Below are positions 40,857 to 51,119 of a stretch of DNA of 64,000 bases, piece by piece; the stretch's first letter is position 1; each line of letters opens with the position of its first letter. A program made the translations under genes and the position numbers. The stretch lies in contig CAVYGB010000002.1 in NCBI GenBank assembly GCA_963767925.1, positions 1 to 64,000 on the forward strand, read 5' to 3'. Under the pieces are notes generated by a model, which was not told the origin of the DNA, did no database searches, and saw only the letters and a program-made list of their open reading frames with translations. This DNA is from an uncultured delta proteobacterium (GTDB lineage Bacteria > Myxococcota_A > Polyangia > Fen-1088).

Positions 40857-42311
40857 ATGAGAGGATCCGGGCGGGTGGTGGTGGCCCTGGGGGTGTGGGC
40901 GGTGGCGGGCGAGGCCTTCGCCCAGGGCCTGGAGGCGCAGCGGTTCGTGCCGGCGGCGGGCGCCGCCGGCGGGCTGCAGGTGGAGCGACCGGTGGTGCCG
41001 GCCCACCTGGCCTTCGGTATGGGCGCGTTCCTCAACTACGCCCGCGACACCGTGTCGGCGCCCGGCGCGGCCGGCGGCGGCGATAGCGTGTTCGCCCACG
41101 CCCTGGGGCTCGACCTGGTCGGCTCGCTGGGCCTGTACAACTTCGCCGAGATCGCCCTGCACCTGCCGCTGCAGATGTACCTGGGGGGCGAGACCCCGGC
41201 CGGCGCGGGCGGCAACCAGGCCGACGTCTGGAACGGCTTTCGCCTGGTGCCGAAGGTGAGCCTGGGCTGGATCGGCGATCCCCGCTCCGGGCTGGCCTTC
41301 GGCCTGGCGGCGCCGGTGGTGGTGCCGGCCGGCGGCGACGGCCGGCCGGGGCCCTCGGTGGAGCCGCGGCTGCTGGCGATGTTCTACGGCACGCGCTGGG
41401 CGGTGAACGCCTCGGGCGGCTACCGCTGGCGCCGGCAGGGCCCCACCGCGGTCCCCGACGAGCTGACGGTCGGGCTGGCCGGCACCTGGAAGCCGCCGGT
41501 GGAGGGGGACGTGCTCGAGGTCATCCTCGAGGTCAGCGGGTCCCGCCTGCTGACACCGGGCCCGGCCGCGGCGGCCCCGCCCAACCCGGTCGAGGCGCTG
41601 GGCGCCCTGGTGTGCAGCCCCCCGGGGATGCGCTTCTCGTTTTACGCCGGCGCTGGCGCCGGGCTGACGAACGGCCCCGGTATGCCCGACTTCCGGGTGC
41701 TGGGCGGCGTCCGCTACACCGTGGGGGTGCCCGAGCGGGGGCGCAGCCACGACAGCGACAGCGACGGCGTGCCGGACTACGCCGACCGCTGCCTGCGCGA
41801 GCCCGAGGACCTCGACGCCTTCCAGGACGAAGACGGCTGCCCGGAGGCGGATAACGACAAGGATGGGGTGGCCGACGACGACGACGAGTGCCCCGACGAC
41901 GCCGAGGAGCGCGGCGGCGATCGCGACGGCTGCCCCGACCGCCCGCGGGTGGTGATTCGCCGGGGCAAGATGGTCATCTACGGCAAGGTGCTGTTCCCGC
42001 TGGAGTCGGCCAACCTGCTGCCGCGCAACGGGGCGCTGATCGACGAGATGGCCCGGGCCCTCGAGGAGCACCCCGGCCTCCGCCGCGTCGAGATCGAAGG
42101 GCACACCGACAACAGCGGCGAAGGGGACTACAACGTCAAGCTAAGCCAGGAGCGGGCCGAGGTGGTCAAGCGGGCGCTCGAGCGGCGGGCGGTCGACGGC
42201 AAGCGCCTGGTGCCCCGGGGCTACGGCGAGCAGCGCCCGGTGGCGCCCAACGTGACCCGGGCCGGACGGGCCAAGAACCGGCGGGTGGAGTTCACGATCC
42301 TGCAGGACTGA
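40857..42311 (+). CDS. OmpA family protein with TSP3-like Ca-binding repeats
   Basis: DSDGVPD..DxDGCP repeats, IEGHTD, LSQERA, NRRVEF. Confidence 0.92.
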   Translation: MRGSGRVVVALGVWAVAGEAFAQGLEAQRFVPAAGAAGGLQVERPVVPAHLAFGMGAFLNYARDTVSAPGAAGGGDSVFAHALGLDLVGSLGLYNFAEIALHLPLQMYLGGETPAGAGGNQADVWNGFRLVPKVSLGWIGDPRSGLAFGLAAPVVVPAGGDGRPGPSVEPRLLAMFYGTRWAVNASGGYRWRRQGPTAVPDELTVGLAGTWKPPVEGDVLEVILEVSGSRLLTPGPAAAAPPNPVEALGALVCSPPGMRFSFYAGAGAGLTNGPGMPDFRVLGGVRYTVGVPERGRSHDSDSDGVPDYADRCLREPEDLDAFQDEDGCPEADNDKDGVADDDDECPDDAEERGGDRDGCPDRPRVVIRRGKMVIYGKVLFPLESANLLPRNGALIDEMARALEEHPGLRRVEIEGHTDNSGEGDYNVKLSQERAEVVKRALERRAVDGKRLVPRGYGEQRPVAPNVTRAGRAKNRRVEFTILQD

Positions 42312-42365
42312 AGCCGCGTTCCACCGACGGCGGCTCCCTGCCGGCCGGACGCAGCTTGCCGGGCG

Positions 42366-43514
42366 ATGGAGGTCGTGCAGGCGGGGCTGCTGCGCCAGGT
42401 GGCCGAGCGGACGGGGCACAAGCTCCCCTTTTCCTCCACGCGCGGGCGCATCGCCCTGCTGATCGGGGCGACCTTCCTGGTGCCGGCCCTGCTGGCGCTG
42501 CTGGGGGGCAGGCTGGGCGGGCCAGGCTGGACCTTCGGCCACGACGTGGCGGTGACCGTCCGCTTCCTGTGGGTGTTGCCCCTGCTGATCGCCCTCGAGC
42601 CGGCGGTCAACCGGGAGGTGCACCTCGCGGTCGTGGACTGGGCCCACAACGGCCTGGTGCCTCCCGAGCGGCGGCCGGCCTTCTTGCGCACGACCGGGCA
42701 CCTGCAGCGGCTGGCCCGGTCGTCCCTCGTCGGAGTCGCCACCCTGGTCGCCGCGGGGGCCCTCTCCTACCTCGAGACGCGGACCAAGCTGGCCCACTCG
42801 GGCGCGCACAACTGGATGTTCCACCCCGACGGCGCCGGCCGCCTGAACGCGGCCGGCTGGTGGTACGCGCTGGTCAGCGTGCCGCTGCTGTACGCCCAGC
42901 TGCTGCGCTGGCTCTGGCGGTTCGGCCTGTGGGCCGCGCTGCTGGCCCGCCTGGCCCTGCTGCCGCCGCGCCTGCTCGGCCTGCACCCCGACCGCATCGG
43001 GGGGCTCGACCGGGTACAGCGGGTGCACAACCTGTTCGCCGGGCTGCTGCTGGGGCTGGCCTCGCTGGCGGCGGCCGGGCTGGCCAACCAGCTCTTGCAC
43101 GGCGGGCTGACCGTGGCGGGCGCGCGGATGCCGGCCATCACCTTCCTGGTCATCGCCCTGATCGTGTTCCTGGGGCCCCTGGCCTTCTTCTCCCCCGCCC
43201 TGCTGATGGCCCGCCGGCGGGCCTCGGCCCTCTACGGCGACGTGTCCGACCGGCACAGCGCCGACTTCGAGGCCCTCTCCTGCCGGATCGCGACCACCGA
43301 TCCGGTGAGCGGCGGGCGCATCCCCGACGCCATCCTCGAGAACCAGTCCAACCTCGCCACCAGCTTCGACGTGTTGCGGGCGATGCACATGTCCCTCGTC
43401 AACCTGGAGAACCTCAAGCTGTTCGGGCTGGCGGCGGCGACGCCCCTGGCCCTGGCCTTTCTTGCTCGGCTCCCGCTGGCCGACGTGGTGAAGATGTTGC
43501 AGGTCCTCCTGTGA
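42366..43514 (+). CDS. Hypothetical multi-pass membrane protein
   Basis: Multiple TM segments, HPDRIGGL motif. Confidence 0.75.
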   Translation: MEVVQAGLLRQVAERTGHKLPFSSTRGRIALLIGATFLVPALLALLGGRLGGPGWTFGHDVAVTVRFLWVLPLLIALEPAVNREVHLAVVDWAHNGLVPPERRPAFLRTTGHLQRLARSSLVGVATLVAAGALSYLETRTKLAHSGAHNWMFHPDGAGRLNAAGWWYALVSVPLLYAQLLRWLWRFGLWAALLARLALLPPRLLGLHPDRIGGLDRVQRVHNLFAGLLLGLASLAAAGLANQLLHGGLTVAGARMPAITFLVIALIVFLGPLAFFSPALLMARRRASALYGDVSDRHSADFEALSCRIATTDPVSGGRIPDAILENQSNLATSFDVLRAMHMSLVNLENLKLFGLAAATPLALAFLARLPLADVVKMLQVLL

Positions 43515-43536
43515 GGCGCGGCGGGCGCCCGGGCGC

Positions 43537-44847
43537 TCAGGATCGGGGACCGGCGCTGCGGCGGATGAACAGCCGGTCGTAGAGCGCCATCAGGATGGTC
43601 GAGCCGACGCCGATGGCCCCGACCACGTACCACATGCGCTGGGGCGCCGCCTGCCCGGGCCCGTGGATGTAGTGGGTGACGAGCTTGCCGCTGATGGCCC
43701 CGGCGATGAAGGTGCCGATGGCGATGGGCAGGAAGGCGAAGCCCATGTACGTGCCCACCTGCTCCTTGGGGGCCAGGTCGGCGACGTATTCGTAGTAGCG
43801 GGGCGCCTGCAGGGATTCGCCGAGGGCGAACACGACGATGGCGACGATGCACATGGTGAGAGTGGGGAAGGTCCCCATGATGAACCAGCAGGCGCTGGCC
43901 AGCACGAAGCCGAGGGTCATCGCCAGCAGGGGGGGCAGCTTCTTGGCCAGGGCGGCCATCGGCACGGTGATGAGGATGATGGTCCAGGCGTCGACCGTCT
44001 CGATGAGCTCGAAGCGGTCGAACTTCAGCACGTCGCGCACGTAAAACGGGAGCGAGTAGAAGATCTGCCAGAACATCACCCAGAAGCCGGAGAAGATGAC
44101 GAGGAACAGGACGAAGCGCAGGTTGCGGAAGACCAGCAACATGTCGCGCAGCACGCCGCCCATCGACTTGGGCGGGGGGGCGTCGGCGGGCCGGGGCGGC
44201 TCGCGGAAGAAGAGCAGCGTGCCCACCGCCAGCAGCAGGCTGGTCAGCGAGGACATCACCAGCACGTAGGAGATGCCGACGTTCTCCCGCACCTGCAGGG
44301 CCAGGATGGGGCCGATGGCGCCGCCCAGGTTCACCAGCGTGTAGTAGATGGAGTAGCCGAGCGACTTGGTCTCGGCGGTGGTGGTGCGGGCGACGGTCCC
44401 CACGATGGAGGGCTTGATCAGCGAGCCGCCGATGGCGGTGATCACGAGCGCCAGGATCATGTAGGTCCTGGCGCCCAGCGCGTCGACCAGGGGCTTTCCG
44501 GCGGGCAGCCCGCCCAGGCCGATCAGGAGGTAGCCCACGCAGAAGATCGAGAAGCAGGCCAGCAGGCTCTTCTTGAAGCCGTAGCGGTCGACGATGGTGC
44601 CGGCCAGCAGGGGCAGGAAATACAGCAGGGTATTGAAGAGGCTGCCCACCAGCACGCCGGCGCTCTCGGGGCCCAGGCCCACCTGCTCGGCCACGAAGAC
44701 GGCGAGGATGGCCTTCGAGCCGTAATAGGCGAAGCGCTCGAACAGCTCGAGGGTGTTGGCCACCCAGAAGCTGCGGGTGAAGCCCCGGCGGGCGGTGTGG
44801 AGAAAGTGGGCGAGCCCTCCGGGCGACCCGCTGGATGTCCCGTTCAT
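43537..44847 (-). CDS. MFS transporter, POT/PTR peptide-transporter-like
   Basis: ELFERFAYYG, YSIYYTLVNLG, ~12 TM. Confidence 0.9.
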   Translation of the reverse strand: MNGTSSGSPGGLAHFLHTARRGFTRSFWVANTLELFERFAYYGSKAILAVFVAEQVGLGPESAGVLVGSLFNTLLYFLPLLAGTIVDRYGFKKSLLACFSIFCVGYLLIGLGGLPAGKPLVDALGARTYMILALVITAIGGSLIKPSIVGTVARTTTAETKSLGYSIYYTLVNLGGAIGPILALQVRENVGISYVLVMSSLTSLLLAVGTLLFFREPPRPADAPPPKSMGGVLRDMLLVFRNLRFVLFLVIFSGFWVMFWQIFYSLPFYVRDVLKFDRFELIETVDAWTIILITVPMAALAKKLPPLLAMTLGFVLASACWFIMGTFPTLTMCIVAIVVFALGESLQAPRYYEYVADLAPKEQVGTYMGFAFLPIAIGTFIAGAISGKLVTHYIHGPGQAAPQRMWYVVGAIGVGSTILMALYDRLFIRRSAGPRS

Positions 44848-46922
44848 GTGCTGGTGCCTCCCGGTTGATCCGCGGCGCTGGGCGGCGCGGGCTGGGTCTT
44901 CTGCAGGGGCAAGACGATCAGCAGCCAGGCGATGGCCGCCAGGGCCAGCAGGGAGGTCCAGGCCCCCGCCGGCCCCGCCACCCAGGCGAACCGCTCGACG
45001 CCGAAGAGCAGGTCGGTGATCGATCGAAACCCGTCGAAGGCGAGCACCAGCCCGGCGAACAGCACGCCGGTCAGCGACTCACCGGCGATGAGGCCGGAGG
45101 CCACCAGCGAGCCGAAGTTGTCGAACGACTCGCCGGAGCGCCCCCGCCGCCGGGCCAGGTGGTCGGCGACGGCCTTGAGGCAGCCGCCCACGAAGATGGC
45201 CCCGGTGGTCTCGAAGGGCAGGTACATCCCCACCGCGATCAGGGTCGGCGAGGGGGCGCGCATGAGGATGAGCGCCAGCGAGAAGCACATGCCGAACAGG
45301 ATGAGGCCCCAGGGCATCTCCCCGCCCACGATCCCCTGGGCGAGCTGGGCCATCAGGCCGGCCTGGGGCGCCGAGAGGGCCCGGTCGCCGATGCCGATGC
45401 CCCCTTGCTTGATGTTGGCGTCGTGCAGCCACAACATCGGGAAGACGAGCACGAAGGCGGTGGCGACGGTGGCGATGATCTCCGCCCACTCCATCTTGCG
45501 GGGGGTGCCGCCCAGCATGACCCCCACCTTGAGGTCCTGGATCAGGCTGCCCGAGACGCAGATCGCGCAGCAAACGACGGCGGCCACGCCCAGCACGGCG
45601 CCCACCCCCGCCAGCCCGGTCACCCCGAAGGCCACCATCAGCAGGGCGGCCAGGATGAGGGCCGAGAGGGTGAGGCCCGAGACCGGCTGGTTCGACCCGC
45701 CCACCAGGCCCACCAGGTACCCGCCGACCGCCGAGAGCAGAAAGCCCAGCACCAGCATCACGAGGGCGGCGACGACGGCGCTGCCGACGTGCCCGGTGAA
45801 GCGCCAGTACAGCCAGGCCATCGGCAGGCTCAGCCCGGCGATGCCCATCAGCAGCCCCCGCGCGTCGATGTCCTGCTCGAGGCGCGAAGGGGCGCCCTCG
45901 CCCCGGCCGGGGCCCCCCTTGCTCCGGAAGGCCCGGCGGAAGGCGGTGGCGATCGACGCGCGCATGCCCCACATCGTGTTGGCGGCGCCCACCAGCATGG
46001 CCCCGACCGCGATGGGGCGGACGATGTTGTACCAGACCGAGAAGATCACCTCGACCGTGTCGGGGGGCGCCCCGCCGGCGCCGTGGAGCTGGGCCGACAG
46101 GCCGGGGTTGACGAAGACGGCCACCGGGATGAACACCAGCCAGGCGAGCACCCCGCCCGAGAAGTTTATCGCCGCCAGCCGGAACCCGATGATGTAGCCG
46201 ACGCCGATCAGGGCGGGCGAGATCGAGGGGGTGGAGAAGGCGACCGCGCCGCCGTGGCGGACCTCGCCGAGGGGGGCCCGGGACGAGTCGAAGTGGCGGA
46301 TGAGCGAGGCGGGCAGCTCGCGCACCACCTCGATCGACTCGCGGAACAGCTTGAGGCCGGCCCCGTCCTTGAAGACCTGGATCAACATGCCGAGGCCCAT
46401 GGCCCCGAACACGTAGCGGGCCCCGGTCTCGCCAGCCTGCCCGGCCTTGACCACCGCGGCGCAGGCCTTGCTCTCGGGGAAGGGCAGGTCGGCGTCGACG
46501 GTGAGGGTCCGCCGCAGCAGGGTGATGAACAGGACGCCGAGGACGCCACCGATCAGCAGGATCAGGCAGGTCTGCCAGTAATCGAAGGAGGTCCAGAGCC
46601 GCTGCCCGTCGACCTGCACCAGCAAGAAGGCGGGGATGGTGAAGATGGCCCCCGCGGCCAGGGCCTCGCCCACCGTGCCGGCCGTACGGGCGATGTTCTG
46701 CTCGAGGACGTTGCCCCGGAAGAACGGCAGGCGGAAGGCGGCCATCGCCAGGATGGCGGCCGGGAAGGTGGCCGAGACGGTCTGGCCGGCCTTGAGGGCC
46801 AGGTAGGCGTTGGCGGCGCCCATCATCGCGGCGAGGACCAGCCCCAGCCCCACCGCCTTGACGGTGAGCTCGGGCAGGACCGTCGTGGCGGGCACGTAAG
46901 GCTTGGGCTCGTCCTTCATCAA
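44844..46922 (-). CDS. OPT family oligopeptide transporter
   Basis: ELTVKA, NAYLALKAG, LEQNI, LPFPES, NQPVSG, QDLK, APQA. Confidence 0.93.
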   Translation of the reverse strand: MMKDEPKPYVPATTVLPELTVKAVGLGLVLAAMMGAANAYLALKAGQTVSATFPAAILAMAAFRLPFFRGNVLEQNIARTAGTVGEALAAGAIFTIPAFLLVQVDGQRLWTSFDYWQTCLILLIGGVLGVLFITLLRRTLTVDADLPFPESKACAAVVKAGQAGETGARYVFGAMGLGMLIQVFKDGAGLKLFRESIEVVRELPASLIRHFDSSRAPLGEVRHGGAVAFSTPSISPALIGVGYIIGFRLAAINFSGGVLAWLVFIPVAVFVNPGLSAQLHGAGGAPPDTVEVIFSVWYNIVRPIAVGAMLVGAANTMWGMRASIATAFRRAFRSKGGPGRGEGAPSRLEQDIDARGLLMGIAGLSLPMAWLYWRFTGHVGSAVVAALVMLVLGFLLSAVGGYLVGLVGGSNQPVSGLTLSALILAALLMVAFGVTGLAGVGAVLGVAAVVCCAICVSGSLIQDLKVGVMLGGTPRKMEWAEIIATVATAFVLVFPMLWLHDANIKQGGIGIGDRALSAPQAGLMAQLAQGIVGGEMPWGLILFGMCFSLALILMRAPSPTLIAVGMYLPFETTGAIFVGGCLKAVADHLARRRGRSGESFDNFGSLVASGLIAGESLTGVLFAGLVLAFDGFRSITDLLFGVERFAWVAGPAGAWTSLLALAAIAWLLIVLPLQKTQPAPPSAADQPGGTST

Positions 46923-46985
46923 AAGGGGGCCATCCTACCAGCGGCGGGGCCGCCGGCGCCAAGCCGGGTCGAACCGGGCGGCGTG

Positions 46986-48038
46986 CTACAGGGGGACGGT
47001 CCGGCAGCGGTTGGTGCAGCCGCCGGGGCCGCCGACGTTGCGGCCGGGGCCGAGGTCGCACTGCTCGTCGCCGACCTCCATGTAGCCGTCGCCGCAGTAG
47101 CGGTAGATCACGTTGCAACCCCGGTTGCAGCCGCCGGGGGTGATGGCCCAGACCTTGTCGTTGTTGGTGTTGCGCATCCCCTCGTCGCAGTGCTCGACCG
47201 CGTCGCGGAAGCCGTCGCCACAGAAGCCGACCTTGCGGCAGCTCCGGTTGCAGGCCGGACCGGTGCCGTACAGCATGTCGCTGCCCGTGTTCATCATGCC
47301 GGAGTCGCACTCCTCGTCCGGCAGGTCGGGGGTGCCGTCGCCGCAGCGGCGGACAATCTTCAGACAGGTGCTGGTGCAGCCGCCCCCCTGGAGGCTCCAG
47401 GTCTTGTCGCTGATGCTGTTCAGGGGGCCCTCGTCGCACTCCTCCTGCATGTGCGGGCGCCCGTCGCCGCAGAAGGGGGCGTCCGTGCAGGAGGCGGTGC
47501 AGGCGCCAGGGCCGTAGGCCTGGTCGCTGTTCTCGAGGCCGCGGTCGCAGATCTCGGGGGGCGAGACCATCTGGTCCCCGCAGAACAGGGTGATCCGGCG
47601 GCACAGCAGGTTGCACTGGCCGGCCTGGCCGTAGCGCCCTTCGGTCTCGGCGTTGCCCGGGCCGTCGTCGCACTCCTCGGCGGCGTTGATCGTGCCGTCT
47701 CCGCAGGTGGGGGCCCGCATGCAGTTGCTGAGGCACTGCCCGTTCCCGTAGGCGTCGGCCCGGTTGAGGGGCCCGAGGTCACACTGCTCGCCCGGATCGA
47801 GGGCGGCGTTGCCACAGCTCGGGGCCCGCGTCGGGGCCCGACCGGGCAAGCCGGACACGCCGGCGTCGGTCTCCGGCCCGCCGACCAGCGCACCGTCGGT
47901 GGTGAAGGCGCGGTCGACCGATTGGGGTCGCTCACACCCCGTCAGGGCCAGGTCGCAGATGACTGCGAACGCAAGCACTGGCGAGAAGACGGGAGCGAAC
48001 GAGGAGCGAGCAATAAAGTTCTCCGGGCACTTCGCCAT
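46986..48038 (-). CDS. Cys-rich repeat protein (DUF4215/myxobacterial type)
   Basis: About 7 CG(D/N)..E.CD.G..N repeats; start uncertain. Confidence 0.85.
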   Translation of the reverse strand: MAKCPENFIARSSFAPVFSPVLAFAVICDLALTGCERPQSVDRAFTTDGALVGGPETDAGVSGLPGRAPTRAPSCGNAALDPGEQCDLGPLNRADAYGNGQCLSNCMRAPTCGDGTINAAEECDDGPGNAETEGRYGQAGQCNLLCRRITLFCGDQMVSPPEICDRGLENSDQAYGPGACTASCTDAPFCGDGRPHMQEECDEGPLNSISDKTWSLQGGGCTSTCLKIVRRCGDGTPDLPDEECDSGMMNTGSDMLYGTGPACNRSCRKVGFCGDGFRDAVEHCDEGMRNTNNDKVWAITPGGCNRGCNVIYRYCGDGYMEVGDEQCDLGPGRNVGGPGGCTNRCRTVPL

Positions 48039-48252
48039 GGACCCTACCCCCTGGGGTGCCGAGCGCTGCCGCTCGAGGTGGAGCCGATCAGGAAGCCGGC
48101 ACGCTATCAGGGATCGGGGCCCCGAGGGTCGGATAAATCCCACATGCGCGTAACGGCACTCCAACCTGACGCACGCGGGGTAGGAACACGCAGATCTTGC
48201 TCGGGCGTGTTCCCGATCGCCGGGGGAGATCGTTACCGCTGCCGGCGGGCCG

Positions 48253-49317
48253 TCAGATGGCGAAGTCCTCGGCGAACACGCGGGCGTTGTCGAGGTCGAC
48301 CAGGACCGGGTCGCCGACCGCCAGGCGCATCTCCTCGAACTGCGGGCGGGGCATGTGCACCGCCACGATCTCGCCGCTGGGGATGGCGACGTCGAGCTTC
48401 ACGTACGAGCCGAGGCGGGCGATGCGCCGGACCCGACCGAGGGCCCGGTTGGCGCTGGGCTCGTCGTCGGCGCGCACGACGTGCACCTCGTGCGGGCGCA
48501 CGATGGCGCGCACGTTGGATCCGTCGGGGACGTCGGCCGGGACCGCCACCGAGGAGGCGCCCACCGCGGCCCGGCCGGCCTTGACCTCCGCCCGCAGCAC
48601 GTTGGCGGTGCCGACGAAGAAGGCCACGAAGGCGGTCCGGGGGTCGTCGTAGACCTCGCGGGGGCTGCCCACCTGGTGGACGTGCCCCTTGTCCATGACC
48701 ACGATCCGATCGGACAGCTCCAGGGCCTCCTCCTGATCGTGGGTGACGAGGATGGTGGTGACGTGGGTGGCCTGGTGCAGCTCGCGCAGCCAGGCGCGCA
48801 GCTCCGACCGGACGCGGGCGTCGAGGGCGCCGAAGGGCTCGTCGAGCAGCAGCACCTTGGGATAGGGGGCCAGGGCCCGGGCGAAGCCGACCCGCTGGCG
48901 CTGCCCGCCCGAGAGCTGGTGGGGGTAGCGGGCGCCGAGGCCGTCGAGCTGGACCATCTCCAGCAGCTCGGCCACCCGGTGGCGCACCTGATCGCCGCGC
49001 ACCCCCTGGGCCTCCAGCCCGAAGGCGATGTTCTCGCGCACGGTGAGCTGGTTGAAGAGGGCGAAGGTCTGGAACACGAACCCGAAGCGGCGCTTGCCGA
49101 TGGGGGTGCGGGTGATGTCCTGATCGGCCAGCAGGACGCGGCCCTCGTCGGCGCTCTCCAGGCCGGCGATGACCCGCAAGATGGTGGTCTTGCCCGAGCC
49201 GGAGGGGCCCAGCAAGGTGGTGACGCCGCCCGAGGGGGCCTCGAAGCTGGCCTCGAACACGGCGGGGGTGCCCTTGACGGTGAACCGCTTGGTGAGGCGG
49301 TCGATGACGACGTTCAT
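48253..49317 (-). CDS. cysA: Sulfate ABC transporter ATP-binding protein
   Basis: GPSGSGKT, LSGGQRQR, LLLDEPFGALD, TOBE-like tail. Confidence 0.93.
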   Translation of the reverse strand: MNVVIDRLTKRFTVKGTPAVFEASFEAPSGGVTTLLGPSGSGKTTILRVIAGLESADEGRVLLADQDITRTPIGKRRFGFVFQTFALFNQLTVRENIAFGLEAQGVRGDQVRHRVAELLEMVQLDGLGARYPHQLSGGQRQRVGFARALAPYPKVLLLDEPFGALDARVRSELRAWLRELHQATHVTTILVTHDQEEALELSDRIVVMDKGHVHQVGSPREVYDDPRTAFVAFFVGTANVLRAEVKAGRAAVGASSVAVPADVPDGSNVRAIVRPHEVHVVRADDEPSANRALGRVRRIARLGSYVKLDVAIPSGEIVAVHMPRPQFEEMRLAVGDPVLVDLDNARVFAEDFAI

Positions 49318-50201
49318 GAGGCGGCCTCCTGGCGGTGCTCCACCAGCTTCTTGGCGATGAGGGTGGCGATGGCCAGCAGGGTGAGCAGGGAGGCCACCGC
49401 GAAGGCGCCCACGAAGTCGTATTCGTTGTAGAGGATCTCGACCTGCAGGGGCATGGTGTTGGTGCTGCCGCGGATGTGGCCCGACACGACCGAGACCGCC
49501 CCGAACTCGCCCATCGCCCGGGCGTTGCACAGGATGACGCCGTAGAGCAGGCCCCACTTGATCTTGGGGAGGGTGACCCGGAAGAAGATGCGCCAGCCGC
49601 CCGCCCCCAGGGTGAGGGCCGCCTCCTCCTCGTCGCTGCCGAGCGACTGCATGACCGGCAGGACCTCCCGGGCCACGAAGGGGAAGGTGACGAAGGTGGT
49701 GGCCAGCACGATGCCAGGGACGGCGAAGATGATCTTGATGTCGTGTTCGGACAGCCAGCCGCCCAGCAGGCCACGGGCCCCGAACAGCAGCACGAAGATC
49801 AGGCCCGAGATCACCGGCGACACCGAGAAGGGGATGTCGATCAGGGAGATGAGCAGGCTCTTGCCGGGGAAGCGGTACTTGGCGATCAGCCAGGCGGCCG
49901 CCACCCCGAAGACGGTGTTGAGCGGCACGACGATGGCGGCGGTCAGCAGGGTCAGCTTGATGGCCGCCCAGGTCTCCTCCTGCCAGAGCTTGCTGAAATA
50001 CTGGACCACCCCCCGCTCGAAGGCCTGGGCGAAGACCGAGGCGAGCGGCAGCACCACCACCAGGGTGAGGAAGAGCAGGCCGGCCCCGATCAGTAGATAG
50101 CGGACGTAGGCCGGCTCGGTGATGGTGCGGACGCGGGCCCGCCGCCGGATCTCGGGCGGCACCTCGACGACGCCGGGGACGGCGGCGGCTGGCCTAGGCA
50201 T
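49314..50201 (-). CDS. cysW: Sulfate ABC permease
   Basis: DIPFSVSPVISG, EEEAALTLGA, NARAMGEFGAV. Confidence 0.95.
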   Translation of the reverse strand: MPRPAAAVPGVVEVPPEIRRRARVRTITEPAYVRYLLIGAGLLFLTLVVVLPLASVFAQAFERGVVQYFSKLWQEETWAAIKLTLLTAAIVVPLNTVFGVAAAWLIAKYRFPGKSLLISLIDIPFSVSPVISGLIFVLLFGARGLLGGWLSEHDIKIIFAVPGIVLATTFVTFPFVAREVLPVMQSLGSDEEEAALTLGAGGWRIFFRVTLPKIKWGLLYGVILCNARAMGEFGAVSVVSGHIRGSTNTMPLQVEILYNEYDFVGAFAVASLLTLLAIATLIAKKLVEHRQEAAS

Positions 50202-51069
50202 GGGTGCCTCGCCGGCGGCTCCAGCCCTGCAGCAGGTTGACGAGGAAGATGGTGGCGAACGAGCCGCTCAGCATCACCACCGCCAGGGCGGTGGCCTCGC
50301 TGTACTGGTACTGCTCGAGCTTGGTGACGATCAACAAGGGCACGATCTCGGTCTGCAGCGGCATGTTGCCGGAGATGAAGACGATGGAGCCGTATTCCCC
50401 GACCGCCCGGGCGAAGGCCAGGGCGAAGCCGGTCAACATCGGCGGCACCAGGGCCCGCAGGATCACCTTGCGGAAGGCGAACCAGCGCGAGGCGCCCAGC
50501 ACGGCGGCGGCCTCCTCGGCCTGGGGGTCGATCTCCATCAGCACCGGCTGCACCGTGCGCACGGCGAAGGGCAGGCCCACGAAGACCATCGCCACGATGA
50601 CGCCGAGGGGCGCGAAGGCGACCTTGATCCCGGAGGCCTCGAGCGAGCCGCCCAGCACGCCGTTGGGGGCGTAGATGGCGGTCAGGGCGATGCCGGCCAC
50701 CGCGGTGGGCAGGGCCAGCGGCAGATCGATGAGGGCGTCGACCAGGCTCTTGCCCACGAACTCGTAGCGGACGAGGATCCAGGCGAGCAGCAGGCCGGCC
50801 ACCGTGTTGATCCCGGCGGCCACCAGGGCCCCCCCGAAGCTGAGCTTGTAGGCGGCCAGCGCGCGGGGCGAGGAGACGGTGGCCCAGAACTCCGACCAGG
50901 TGAGCCCCGCCGCGGACACCACCATCGCCCCCAGCGGGATGAGCACGATCAGGGACAGGTAGAGCAGCGTGATGCCCAGGGTGGGGGTGAAGCCGGGCAA
51001 CACCCCCGGCCGCCACCCCCGGCGATAGAACGAAGCGCGGGCTTTCTGGGCGGCGGCGGGGGAGGACAT
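50194..51069 (-). CDS. cysT: Sulfate ABC permease
   Basis: DLPLALPTAVAG, VRTVQP, GEYGSIVFISGN. Confidence 0.95.
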   Translation of the reverse strand: MSSPAAAQKARASFYRRGWRPGVLPGFTPTLGITLLYLSLIVLIPLGAMVVSAAGLTWSEFWATVSSPRALAAYKLSFGGALVAAGINTVAGLLLAWILVRYEFVGKSLVDALIDLPLALPTAVAGIALTAIYAPNGVLGGSLEASGIKVAFAPLGVIVAMVFVGLPFAVRTVQPVLMEIDPQAEEAAAVLGASRWFAFRKVILRALVPPMLTGFALAFARAVGEYGSIVFISGNMPLQTEIVPLLIVTKLEQYQYSEATALAVVMLSGSFATIFLVNLLQGWSRRRGTHA

Positions 51070-51119
51070 GGTGGGGCGGGGGTCGAGGGGCGGGGCGGAG
51101 GCCCCGCCGGGAGGCCACG

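Noticed and set aside
44835..48584. 1249-aa plus-strand ORF and similar long Arg/Gly/Pro-rich ORFs
   Set aside because: Antisense shadows of real genes, typical of high-GC DNA.
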